A stretch of DNA of 63,839 bases, counting the filler, from Hyphochytrium catenoides (lineage: Eukaryota; Protista; Hyphochytriomycota): the NCBI GenBank assembly GCA_900088475.1. It is 5 parts of 5 records of this genome, joined end to end, with 100 filler letters (N's around TTAATTAATTAA, not from the genome) between each part and the next. Parts side by side here need not be neighbours in the genome. Positions count along the whole stretch, not along the records: positions 27,429 to 52,252 come from FLMG01002764.1; positions 52,353 to 55,926 come from FLMG01002250.1; positions 56,027 to 60,157 come from FLMG01004687.1; 2 more parts are not named here. The stretch is one strand, 5' to 3'. The number at the start of each line of letters is the position of its first letter. The first letter of the stretch is position 1. Positions 48,901 through 60,257 of this stretch are shown one piece after another. A program made the position numbers and the translations under genes. The notes beneath the pieces are model-generated. The model was not told the DNA's origin. It saw only the letters and a program-made list of their open reading frames with translations, and did not search any database.

Positions 48901-51153
48901 ACTTCATAGGCGGACTCAAATAGCTGTCTGATGCATCTGGGAGTGAGAGCGAAAAGTTCCTGAAATAGACAAAGGTCCGTCACTGGCTGACTTAGAGGAC
49001 AATGAGGGCAAAAGAGGAAGTGAGAAAAGAACTCCCGAGAAAAGCGTCAAAATAAGAGGCAGGAAGGGTCATGAATGCCGCCAGCAAGAGTAACAGAGCA
49101 CAATAGAGAACATAGAAGAATGATGACCTAAGAAGAAAACATGCTTCCATGGTGAGAAAAGAGAAAGAAGGAACCCACCTAAACAGCTCCACGAGGTGGG
49201 CAGACTCTTTTTCTGCCTGAGGAAAACAGAGGAGAGGATTCGAAATCGGCCTTCTTCTTTAAGTCCTGCCCCTTTCGTCTATATTTGTCCCCTTCGGCCC
49301 CTTGTCAAACGTGGCCCCATCTTTCCTTCTCAGTGTTCTCCCTCTTTCCTTCTCTGTTCTCAACAGCTGTTGTTCGATCAGCCGTGTCGCATCTTCTTGC
49401 CGTATGCTTGGTACTATTTGCCTACGACGTGTCTCCGCATTTAGAGTTCATACCCTTCGAAGTTCTTCTGCCCTGGTCTTGGCATCAATGTTAGCAGTTT
49501 CAGAGTCATCGCTTCTGTGTCTCGCAGTGCCTCTATCCTCTCCAAGGCTTGTCTTATTTCAACGTGAGAGCAGCCATGAAGGTTAGGAATCAGGGCGAGC
49601 GGAAGGGAGCATAGGCATAAAGTGCACCAAAGCTTGGCAATAATGGCGAAGAGGCAGTGCGGAAGTAGTGCGAAGGGAATGGGTTAACAGTTTTAAAGCA
49701 ATCAAGAAGCGGAGAGGGGATCAAAGCTTCTGCCACAAGCACAAATGGGTCAACAAAAGGGCGTGGTGTACGTAGACGAGAAGGAGTGAGAGAAGGAAAG
49801 AGAGCAAGAGAAACATTCTTGAGGCCTAGCAAAAGGAGCACATACCAGTATTTCTGTGTACTTGGTCGGGACAGGGTCGCTATCTGTGAAAGACGAGAGT
49901 CAGCTATATGAAGAAATATAAGAGAACGCCTAATGAGGAGCCCGCGAAGAAACCTTCAGCGTACTAAGGAGTTCAGAGGGGCAAAAGACCGGAGAGTTGA
50001 CGCAAGTGCTATCCTACCTGTAAGGTCTGGATCCTCTAGAACTCTCAGGAGTCCTCCATAGACCTCGCCATACTTCTGTTGCCGAGATAGAAAGTGGCAA
50101 AAGAAAGAGAGCGGTAAACAGGAAGTAACAACAGCAATGCAGAGAACGACACACAGCCAAGCGACCTGCAGGGAGAGAGGATGCTAGGAACCATGGCCTG
50201 GGATGAGACTGCTTCCCACTCGGCGTGGAAGGGAGAATCAAAAGTGAATAAAGGTGCTATTATCCGCTCTCACCTTTTCTAGCGCTGAAGGGCCAATCTC
50301 CGACCCTTTGCAAGCAGCGAGGAGTACTGCTTGAGCGGCTTGAAGGGTTTGGAGGACCAAGGAGGGAGAGTCAAAGCAAGACGAAGTGACCACCAGGAAG
50401 AGACTCTGCAAGCGAGTGTACTGGGCCCGAATGTTGCTGCAGGGAAATGGAACTTAGCTAGAGCAAAGTGTGTCTTTTCTTAGGCAGATGGTGCGCCAAA
50501 GAGGAGCAGACAGGAATAACTCCAAATGCGATGATAGGAAAGAGAGGGAAGAGAAGAAAGAAATTACTACGTACACGGCAGTAGTTATACGCATTTTGAG
50601 GGCAATGAAGAGAGAAAACGCAGTGAGGCTGGAGCTTGGGGACGAGATGAGAAAGAAAGAGAGGAACTTCGAGCTTGCGATGGCCTCAGCTAGAAACAGT
50701 ACTCCTTACCTTCCCAGCTGCAGCGATTGGTACACTCTTAGAGTTCCATATCGAGGGTCACTTCAGTAACAGTGAGAGTAATAGTACATGGGGACGCTCA
50801 TTAGGCTGACAGGACTAGTAACAAGCGCAGTGAAGCAGGAGAGAAGAATGGAGAAAGAGAAAGAGAGGGTAAAGAGGCAAAGTAGAGAGAGAGAGAGAGG
50901 GAGATGCAGCATCTCCACATCTAAAGGGCCGAGAAACTGCATCAAGATGAGGAGAGATGCTAGAGTATGGGCCGGTCGCCGCTAACCTCTCGACGTATGC
51001 TTCTGCCGCTGGCGAGATGTTTGGGTCCAGGAAGGTGGCAGAAAACTCCTCTAACAGCTCTAACGCATCTGCCGCTCTGCAGTGCAGAGTGGGAGAGTGG
51101 TGAGTAGAGTATAGGCAGAGAACTGAACTTTTGAAGAGGAGACTGAGCGCCAT
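45982..51153 (-). CDS. TML/TCUP-like medium subunit of the TSET/TPLATE complex (N-terminal longin-like domain, C-terminal mu-homology domain)
   Basis: Spliced N-terminal part NIRAQYTRLQSLFLVVTS...LQAAQAVLLAACKGSEIGPSALEK/KYGEVY parallels plant TML as I recall it (YRVVYRLVNSIYVL...VIVTACRGVDVTPEKL..KYAEIY). C-terminal exons (FFVGEDLHC...LSVTG; LLRY...PMNIRSK...KVTLQV/VHVNPN...LTSISLAV; PTFDKVTRQLTWKL; PVKAHFSC.GSTLSDI) fit a muniscin-type MHD. Confidence 0.78.
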
Positions 51154-51499
51154 TGCCCGAGGAATGGAATGGCTGGCTTTAGAGAAACATAATATAGGAG
51201 AGAGTGCGTTTACCTAAGAAGCGTATGAGGGATCAGCAACAGGCTCTCTCCATAAAGATCATGGATGGAGAGTGTCAGCAGGCCCATCCTTCCTCCTTAT
51301 TCTATAATCTCTCTGGGCTTGTCACGCCACGGCGCTCCTTACTATCACATGGACCAGCCTATTCTCTCCCACCTTCCTTTCCTTTCCCCTCCTTCCTCTC
51401 CGGAGGCCCGCTCACTCACAAGTGGAGCCCAAGCGAAGAGATGTGGAAACGGCACTGCGAGCTAGTCGCGACCGGGGTGTAATAAGAAGACAATCAACG

Positions 51500-51666
51500 C
51501 GATAAAGAGAGAGAGTGAGAGAGAGAGAAAGAGAAAGAGAGGAGATCGCGAGAAAGAACAAAATGAAGGAAGAGAGGCTATTAACAACCAACAGGGAGAG
51601 TAATCTGGAATGGGAGCGCGAGAACAGGAAGAGAGAGAAGAGAGGAAAGAGACAGAGAGAGAGAAC

Positions 51667-51726
<60 letters not shown>

Positions 51727-52252
51727 CGCATCTCAAGCGACGCACAGGTTCTACGGACGAAAGGAAACTTTTACTCCAAGCGACAAGAGATTCCCCAGCT
51801 GTAGACCTGGGTCTCAGTTGTCATTTATATATAGCTAGACCCAGAACCGCCCATTGGCATATCGGTCGCCAATTGAAGCTGGCATTCCCCAACCTAAGTA
51901 CCTTAAAATATATCCGGGTTACCCCTTATGTGACCCATAAAGGTCATCTCTAGTAACTGCAAACCTCTTCTCTCTCTCTCTCTTTTTGTCCCTCTCTGCC
52001 CCTCCCTCTATCTCTCTCTGTCTCTCTTCCGCTCTTTGTCTCTCACTCTCTTGCTCGCACTCTCTCTCGCACTCTCTCTCTCTCTCTGCAGTCTTTTGTC
52101 TCCTCCGGTTGCTCGCTCTCTTTCTCTCTCTCTCATTGCGCTCGCCCACCTCTGTCTCGTCTCTGCCCTTGCCCTTCCCTCTCCCCTCTGCCTCTCCTCC
52201 CCCTCCCTACTTCCCTCTCTACCTATCTTCCCCTCATCCTCCCCCCCTCATC
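51500..52252. repeat. (GA)n tract (51500-51725) and (CT)n tract (51965-52250) upstream of the TML-like gene
   Basis: Direct inspection. Confidence 0.85.
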
Positions 52253-52352
52253 NNNNNNNNNNNNNNNNNNNNNNNNNNNNNNNNNNNNNNNNNNNNTTAA
52301 TTAATTAANNNNNNNNNNNNNNNNNNNNNNNNNNNNNNNNNNNNNNNNNNNN
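52253..52352. other. Artificial contig-joining linker
   Basis: 44N-TTAATTAATTAA-44N. Confidence 0.97.
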
Positions 52353-52737
52353 AGAGAGAGAGAGAGAGAGAGTCTATGGGTCGGAGATAAACAGCAAGGG
52401 GAAGAGAAATAGAGGACGAGCCAGAGAGAGAGAGAGCTCTCGAGAGAAAACGCTTCGTGTGGAGAGAGAGACAAAAATGCATTCGAGCTGGGAAAGATAT
52501 AGACGTAGGAGAGACGATCTTACTTTTGCTGTTTCTGCCTGTGTGTTTCTCTCTCTCTCTGTTTAACCCTTGGCTCTCACTCTTTCGGTTCCCTATCTAT
52601 GCCTGCCCTCAATCTCTCCCTGTCAATTCACACACTCTCTCTCTCGCTCATGGTTTCTCTGTGGACTCTGTCTCTTCATCTTCTCTCTCTCTCTCTTTTC
52701 TCTCTCTCTTTGTCTCTCTTTCTGCGTTCCTCTCCCT

Positions 52738-52774
<37 letters not shown>

Positions 52775-53424
52775 CGTTCTTTGTCTCGCGTTCTCCATTC
52801 TTTCTCTGTCTCTCTCTGGCTCGTGTCTCTCTCTGTTTTCGCTCTCTGTCTGTCTCTCTCTCTCTCTCTCTCTCCGCCCGCCCCTCTCCCTCTCTCTCCC
52901 TAGGGGGATCCTGAGATTGACACGANNNNNNNNNNNNNNNNNNNNNNNNNNNNNNNNNNNNNNNNNNNNNNNNNNNNNNNNNNNNNNNAGAAAGAAAGAG
53001 AGAGGGAGAGAAAGAGAGAGAGAAAGAAAGAGAGAGGGAGAGAGAAAAAGGAGAGTATCGCAGAAAGAGAAAGAGAGAGAGAGAGAGACAGAGAAAGAGA
53101 AAGAAGAAAGAGAGAGACCCAGACATGAGGAAGAGTTTGAAGTAAAGAGCAGAGAGAAAGACGAGATAAAAGAGAGAGGAGAGAGACATGAGAGAGAGAA
53201 TGCTGCAGAGCTGGAGGCAAGGGAGAGAGAAAGAAAGAAAGGGATGAGAAAGAGAATACGAGAGAGAGAGACAGAGGAGAAAGAGGGAAAGAGAGGGAGA
53301 GAGGGAACATGAAGGGTATCAGGAAGAAAACATAACGGGCGGAGGCAATCAGGAGAAGTCACCTTAATCTCTTTTCCCGTGTGCCTCTCTTTCTCGGCAT
53401 GCCCATCTCTTTTTTACCTGGTCC

Positions 53425-53455
<31 letters not shown>

Positions 53456-53752
53456 CCTCTTCCATATATTCGCCTCCCCCTTCGTCACACTATTTCTCTC
53501 TCTCTCTTTCTCTGTGTCTCCAGCACGAAATGAACACAAATCCACAGCCTCAAGCGGAAGACCCTCATCTCTTGAGATGAGAGAGAGAGAAGAAAGAGAC
53601 ACGCGAGAGGACCAGATAGAGCACACTAAGGAAAAGAAACAGAGAGAGAGAGAAACGAGAAAGAGAAATAGAGAGAAAGAGAAAGACGAGGCAGGAATAA
53701 CAAGCGCCGCGAAGGGAAAGAGAGTGTGTGGTCCGTGTCTTCTCAAACTATC

Positions 53753-53806
<54 letters not shown>

Positions 53807-54009
53807 GAGCCGGTTAACGATAATATATTAGGCATCCCAAGAGAGAGAGAGAGGCAGTATCCACGATGAGAGAGAGAGAGAAGGAGAAAGAGAAAAGTAG
53901 GGAAAGAAGGGCCGGATAAGGAGTGGAATGACAGGAGGCAGGCTAACAGGGAGAGAAAGGAGAAGCAAGCATTTACTTGTTCACTATCGCAACGCCTAGC
54001 AAAAGGTAG

Positions 54010-54049
<40 letters not shown>

Positions 54050-54258
54050 TCGGTTTGCCCCTCTCTCTCCTTTCTCTCCTCTTTTCTCTCCAGCAATGCT
54101 TATTGATCTCCCTTTATAAGAAGCTGCGTGAGAGGAAGAAAGAGAGAGAGAAAGAGACGCTAGAAAGGGAGAGTGCCTAGTGATTCCAAGTAAATCCTCT
54201 TCTTGTTGCTAATATTTGCCGTCAATCGTCTCTGTCTTCCTTCGGTGTGTGTTCTTCT

Positions 54259-54290
<32 letters not shown>

Positions 54291-54565
54291 TTCTTTCTCT
54301 CTCGCCTCTCCATCTTTCTCTTCTAGCTGTGTTCCTTTCGTCTTTTGTCTTCTTTCTCTTTCCTCTCTGTTTTTCTCTCTCTCCGTGGCGGTCTGCTCTC
54401 TCTCTCTCTCTCTTTTTTTCTCTGTCGCTTCCCTATCTCAGTATACAAACTCCCCTTGTAGGAGAAAGAACTATTCCATTGATCTAAGTTAAAGTACTAG
54501 CCTTCGAGGAACAGGGTCTTCGCTCTTTTCTCTTTCTCTTTCTCTCTCTCTCTCTCTCTCTCATT
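52353..54565. repeat. Dense alternating (CT)n/(GA)n low-complexity region
   Basis: Most of the interval is dinucleotide runs; ORFs here translate as SL/ER runs. Confidence 0.85.
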
Positions 54566-54567
54566 GC

Positions 54568-55926
54568 CTAGAACATATTTTCAAAAGGATTGTTGGCAAC
54601 GGAAGAAGAAGAAGGAGGAAGAGACTGCACCTGTGGCTGCTTCACAGGAGAAGACTCAAAAGGGTTAAAGGGAGAGAGAGATGGTGGCTGCTGCACCAGC
54701 GAGCCAGAGCGATTCGAGATAGAGGAGCCGGTAGATTTAAACGGCTGAGAGGAAGACAGAGATGTAGGAGAGAGAGAGAGAGAAGAAGAGAGATTATGGA
54801 CTTGCGCGTTTCCCTGCGGACTTCCTATCCCGCCAAAAGGATCATCGCTGACGCTGACACTGAACCGTTTCTCTCTCTCTCTCTCTCCCCCTTGACTTCC
54901 TAGTACATTCTGCACAGTGGTGGTAGGGAGAACAGGAGTTGAAGAGAAAGAAGGAGAGAAAGTGGCTCCTTCTCTCTCTCCTCCTGCAAATACATCCCAC
55001 CCCATGCCGCCTCCTCCTCCTCCTGCGGAAGGAGAAGAGAGAGACCCAGAAACTGTCTCTTCTTGGAAAGCGTCCCACTGACTGAAAGAAGAGGTATTCG
55101 CAGAAGAGGGAGAGAGAGGAGAAGAGACAACTCTCTCTCTCTCTCTCTCTTTCNNNNNNNNNNNNNNNNNNNNNNNNNNNNNNNNNNNNNNNNNNNNNNN
55201 NNNNNNNNNCATCTCTGGCTCGTCTTTCACTGTCTCCGAGAGAGAGACATCGGGCTTGGAAGGAGGAGGTGGGCCTCTCTCTTTCTTCTTTCCCCAGCTC
55301 CATTTCTTAGACTTCTGCTTGACATAAACGTAGAGAGAGAAAGAGGGAGACGGGAGAATGGAAGAGAGAGAGAGAGAGAGAAAAGGGCAACGCGAGAAGG
55401 GAAGCGAGGGGAGAGAGAGGGAGAGAGAAAGAGAGAAAAAAGAGAGAGTGAGAGGGAGATAAAGAGAGAGAGAGAGAGATAAAGAGAGAGAAAGAGAGAG
55501 ATGCGACGCGAGAAGGGGAGGAGAGAGAGAGAGAGAGAGAAAAATTAGCGGGAGATAAACGGAGGAAATGACAGAAATAATGCAGAACGTTACGAGAGAG
55601 CAGGAGAAGGTAGGGGAGACGACGAACGAGAGAGAGAAAGAAGGACACTAAAGGACAAAGGAAGAGGGAACCTTCACCGGTTCCAACATCTCTTTCTCTC
55701 TCTCTCACTGTCTTTCTCTCTCTCTCCGTCTTTCTCCCGCCCCCTCTCTCTCTCTCTCTCTCCCTCTCTCTCTTTTTTTTCTCTCTCTCTCCTCTCACTC
55801 ACCTCTGTCTTGATCCCTCCCTCTCCCTCTCCTCCCTCGGAAGGGAGAGAGACATCGTCCAGAAGCTTGTCAAACGCTTTATCTTTCGCAATCTCTCCTC
55901 CTCCCAGCGCCTGGAGCTTCTGGTCC
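54568..55926 (-). CDS. 3' fragment of an endocytic accessory-type protein (NPF/DPF/WxxF motifs)
   Basis: Terminal exon encodes SQWDAF, GWDVF, SDDPFGG, FNPFESS and ANNPFENMF*. Probable upstream charged exons run to the contig end; the 5' part is missing. Confidence 0.6.
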
Positions 55927-56026
55927 NNNNNNNNNNNNNNNNNNNNNNNNNNNNNNNNNNNNNNNNNNNNTTAATTAATTAANNNNNNNNNNNNNNNNNN
56001 NNNNNNNNNNNNNNNNNNNNNNNNNN
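55927..56026. other. Artificial contig-joining linker
   Basis: 44N-TTAATTAATTAA-44N. Confidence 0.97.
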
Positions 56027-57710
56027 CGCGTTTAGAGAGGCGTTGAGCTCGTCACGTGCTGCCAAAGAACGAACGTCAGATAATGAGCGAAGAATATCTG
56101 CCTTACTCTGTCTCTGTAGTCCCTAACCACTACTTGTTCTCTCGTGGCTCTGTCTTTTACTTGCGCTATTCGGGTCAGCTTCACGTGCTTACCCTTGAGG
56201 AGCTTGTCAACCGTGACCTCAACTGTCAGGTAGTAGTGAGGCACCTCTTGCTTCTGCTTGGTGAGCTTGTCAGCCAGAGCTCTAACTCTCTCAGATAGGC
56301 TAAGGTCTTCAAATCTCTCTCCTGAGGGTCCAGAGACGCCCGCAGTCTTTGCAGCTTCCTCTGCAGCCTCTGGAACTGCTGCTATGCCTCTGGCAATCGC
56401 GTCAGAGACATCTGAAGCCAGAACTCGGCCATTTGGTCCGGTGCCTGCAACAGTGGCAACATCTACCCCTGCCTCGCGGGCAATTTTCCTAGCTAGCGGG
56501 CTAGCAAAAGTACGACCTCCGGATGGAGAAGCAGCAGAGGTAGATGCAGCAGGAGGAGAAGGAGGAGCGGGCTTTGTCTCTGGCGCCTTTGCCGGAGCTT
56601 CGGCCTTGGGTTCTGGTTTGGAAGCTGGCGGAGAAGGAGCGCCCTCGCCTTCAGCCTTGAAGTCCTTAAAAGCTGAGAGGTCACCTTCCTCCTCTACGCT
56701 GACAAAGATGGGCTTGCCAACCTGAACAAGGCAATAGTCTTTATAAGTGTATGACACAGGGAGAACCCTTTCAACTCTCGTCTTGCTAATATTTGGAGTG
56801 CCACAATGTGTCGTTCTCCCCCTCCAATCGTGCACTTGGACTGTCCGCACGGCATTTCTATCAGACTTCTTGCCTCATCACTGGGCAAAGTCCTTTCTGT
56901 TCTTGCTCAAGACATGCTAGCAAGTCTCTTCTCATCTATCCATCCACACGCCAATCACTTCTCCTGGCTCTCTATCTCTCTCCTCCGTCTGCCTGTCCCT
57001 GACTTTGACTATTCTTCACGGTAAAAGGCTCGAGGCCGGTTCCCTCCTGCTACCTACCGGAACATCATTGGTTCCCTCTGGCACGAGAATCTTAGCGATA
57101 ATGCCATCCTCCTGTGCCTCAAAGTCCACCGTGGCTTTGTCGGTCTCTACGCGGCAGATAACATCTCCGGCACCAAAGGCTTCTCCTTCCTTCTTCACCC
57201 ACTCGACCAAGTTACCTTGCGTCATCGTCTAGCGATGTCGAAAAGAAAAAAGAGGGAGAGACAGGAGGGAGAGAGTGAGAGAGAAGAAAAGGAGAAAGAA
57301 GGTAAAGAGAGTAGGCTCATTCAGGGAAGAGTGCTTTTATGGCACGCAAAGCGACTTACTGGAGACAGGGCGGGCAGGCCATGGACGGTGTGCTCAGGCA
57401 GGCTGCTCATGAAGCGAAAGCCTATCTTCTGAGTCGGCAAGGCTGGCAATGAACCTTTCCTGCCCCAGTTGACCACTGGCAAAGGAGCCTTGGAACTTTG
57501 AGACACGGTACGAACCTGCCGCCTGCAGTGTGAGCAGCATGAGACGACGATGGACAAGCAGCGCCGGCGCGCGCGAGAGAGATGAGTGTCAGCAATAGCG
57601 AAAAGACATCGCCGGAGCCTGAGAAGCTCCTGCCAGGGATGATGTACGGACCTGGCAGCCATAAGGGCAAGCCTGCCCGTGCGGACTGAGGTCCTTACTA
57701 TTCTGTGCAT
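56027..57710 (-). CDS. DLAT: Mitochondrial pyruvate dehydrogenase E2-family protein (dihydrolipoamide acetyltransferase), 3'-truncated by the contig end
   Basis: Presequence [19 protein letters not shown]; lipoyl domain [21 protein letters not shown]...[16 protein letters not shown]; E3-binding domain [26 protein letters not shown]; start of catalytic domain [10 protein letters not shown]. Confidence 0.88.
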
Positions 57711-57810
57711 AGTTCTTGGCGATCTGTTTCCTACAGATGGAGGTTCAGGAAGGGGCCATGAAAGAAAGAGATAAGCTTGGACCTGTCACCCTGAAGAGCT
57801 CCACAAAGCT

Positions 57811-57870
<60 letters not shown>

Positions 57871-58273
57871 GATACGAGAGAGAGACAGAGGGAGATTAGA
57901 GCTTCTTACCTTCCCCTGACAATCGAGGAATCAAGATATCAATGATCGCGCTTTGAGAGGCGTCTTCGAACGGCGATAACTCTGGATGGACAGAGAGATG
58001 ACACGGACCCACGGACCGGATGAGCTCCACCGGAGAGAGAGAGAGAGGCAACAATCAGGACTGATGATGTCTGGAGAGGTTGCGACGGAACAGCCCAGAA
58101 CGCAAGGGAAGAGAGGGAGAACGCGATACGGCGTATGACGACAGGCAGAGAGAGGAGTGCGAATCTCAAGACAGAGGTGAGGGAGAGAAAAGGACGGAGC
58201 GGGAGAGGAGAGTGAGTAAGTGAGAGTGACAGAGTGAGAACGAGCGAGCGAGAGCGCGGGAGAGCGAGACGAG

Positions 58274-58325
<52 letters not shown>

Positions 58326-58364
58326 NNAGAGAGAAAGAAAAGAGAGAGAGAGAGAGAGAGAAAG

Positions 58365-58408
<44 letters not shown>

Positions 58409-59199
58409 GAAAGGAGCGCCAAAGATCCGCAGCTTCCTGTCGCAACAAGCCAAACTGCTTACTGGGGTCAGTAGCGATCGTTATTTCCGTAGGAATTCAC
58501 TAATCTCTCTCTAATCGGGACGTATTTCTCACCAAGCATTAGACATGGTGGTAACAGCTACGCTGGGATGTGGAATAAATTTGGTTTGATTACGGTATTT
58601 TACCTTGATAATCGCGAATAAAAAACTAAAATTGTAAACTTGAAGTCGGTTATCACCTTTTCTAAAATAGATTATCATTATGTTAAGCCTGAGCACACAT
58701 CTGGATATCTGGATGAAGCTTCAGATTTCTCATCAGAAAGAAGACTCAAGAAGTTTCTGAAGCTCTGATGGCGGATGTGATGCGATAGACAGCTTGACCG
58801 TGCTGATGGTCTCGTGCATGAAAGCAATGGCAGCATCGTGCTTAATATAGGTGATCTATCCGGAGTTGATTTAGTTGGAAGATGAGAGTGAGCGCTGGCG
58901 CGGTCATGTCATTGAAGACTTAGGGAGCCTTTCGCAACGCGATACACGCTCATACACACTGGTGGAGCTTCCCTCAGAAGGAAGTATTTGACTGGAGTGT
59001 CTTGTGGGTTGATGGGAATAGAAGTAAACGCTATAAACGTTGTGGAGGTGTGCCGCAGGTTTAGGTCACTTCACCTAGAGTGTGCTATCTGGCTCATGCT
59101 TTAATGTGCTTTGTTCGACAGTACGCGGTGACCCGTCTCGAGAGGTCTGGTGGTAAGCCCGCTAGGTCTTTGGCGAATCGAAGGCCAACCAGAAGCCCA

Positions 59200-59890
59200 T
59201 GATTGGCCACGACGACCTCGCTGTGATTGTGGCGATGGGCTGTCATTGTGCTCACACACACAGCGGCCAACATGGAGCGAGGGATATCAACTCCATTCTT
59301 GATCGTTGTGTTAGGCGGACTGATTTCTGAGGTATGTTACAAGGATGGTGATTCTAAACGAACCAGGCTGAAGCCGTTCGGGCACACTAATTCTAGTTTG
59401 GCGACGGTCTTTGGTAACGCAGGGTTGTTGGAGAGAACGCATTGCCAGATAGCCATGCATTGAGAGCGATCATAAACGACAAGCAGGAGAAAAAATAATG
59501 ATTCCTAGGGAGGTAATAACATACACTACTGCACCATCGTCCTCTGCAATAAATAAAGGATAGCTAGTGTTGCCCCGCTCAGAGCTTTGAAAAAGGTTTT
59601 CTCTGTTGCTGACGGTATGTTTCTATAACTTTGTCCATCAAGAGCTTCAATAAAAGAAGCTGCACCGCGCGCTTGATGATCGCATAGAGTGCTCTCCGGC
59701 CGCGGAGCACCAAGAGTAGGGAGAGAACAAAAGCTAAAAGTTGGAGCTTCTTCTCTAGGGAAAGCGACAAGGGCGCTTTCATTGAATGACGCTGTGGAAC
59801 GGCAAAGTCGTAAGCCAGGAAGGTGGACATAAGGTCAAACTGGAAGTGACGGAAAAAAAGAGACCGAGGGAGAGAGGTCTGGTTGACCAA
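59200..59890 (-). mobile_element. Possible highly decayed PIF/Harbinger-type transposase relic
   Basis: Ordered, frameshifted fragments FFRHFQFDLMSTFL, LSLEKKLQLLAFVL, YPLFIAEDDGAVVYV, RQTRISVPER...FRI and MLAAVC..HN echo the Harbinger motifs FRMS..TF, LS.EEKL, GAIDGTHI, R..VER.FG...RFRIL and AC..LHN. Confidence 0.4.
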
Positions 59891-60157
59891 CGAATTAGCA
59901 GGTGTCTCAATGTGCAGATGTCAGGTGCCTTACCAGAGCTACAGGCGCCATCATGTTACGAAAATTCCCAGGCCTAAGCAACCACAGGAGCTTCAAGCCC
60001 TAGATAGAGCGCAACATAGGAAGAGTGAAAAGAACTTAGGTCATCACAGATATGATGAAGTAGGCAAAGGAGTAGGCCACAGAGACCTACGTAATCAATG
60101 AACGTTGGACTCAGCTGGCTCAAGAATGGCAATAAGGAGCAGCTCACGCCAAGGATG

Positions 60158-60257
60158 NNNNNNNNNNNNNNNNNNNNNNNNNNNNNNNNNNNNNNNNNNN
60201 NTTAATTAATTAANNNNNNNNNNNNNNNNNNNNNNNNNNNNNNNNNNNNNNNNNNNN
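60158..60257. other. Artificial contig-joining linker
   Basis: 44N-TTAATTAATTAA-44N. Confidence 0.97.

Noticed and set aside
10967-55926. Apparent membrane-trafficking gene cluster (VPS9, PDZ-NPF, TML-like, NPF tail)
   Set aside because: The genes lie on three different contigs joined artificially; there is no evidence of linkage.
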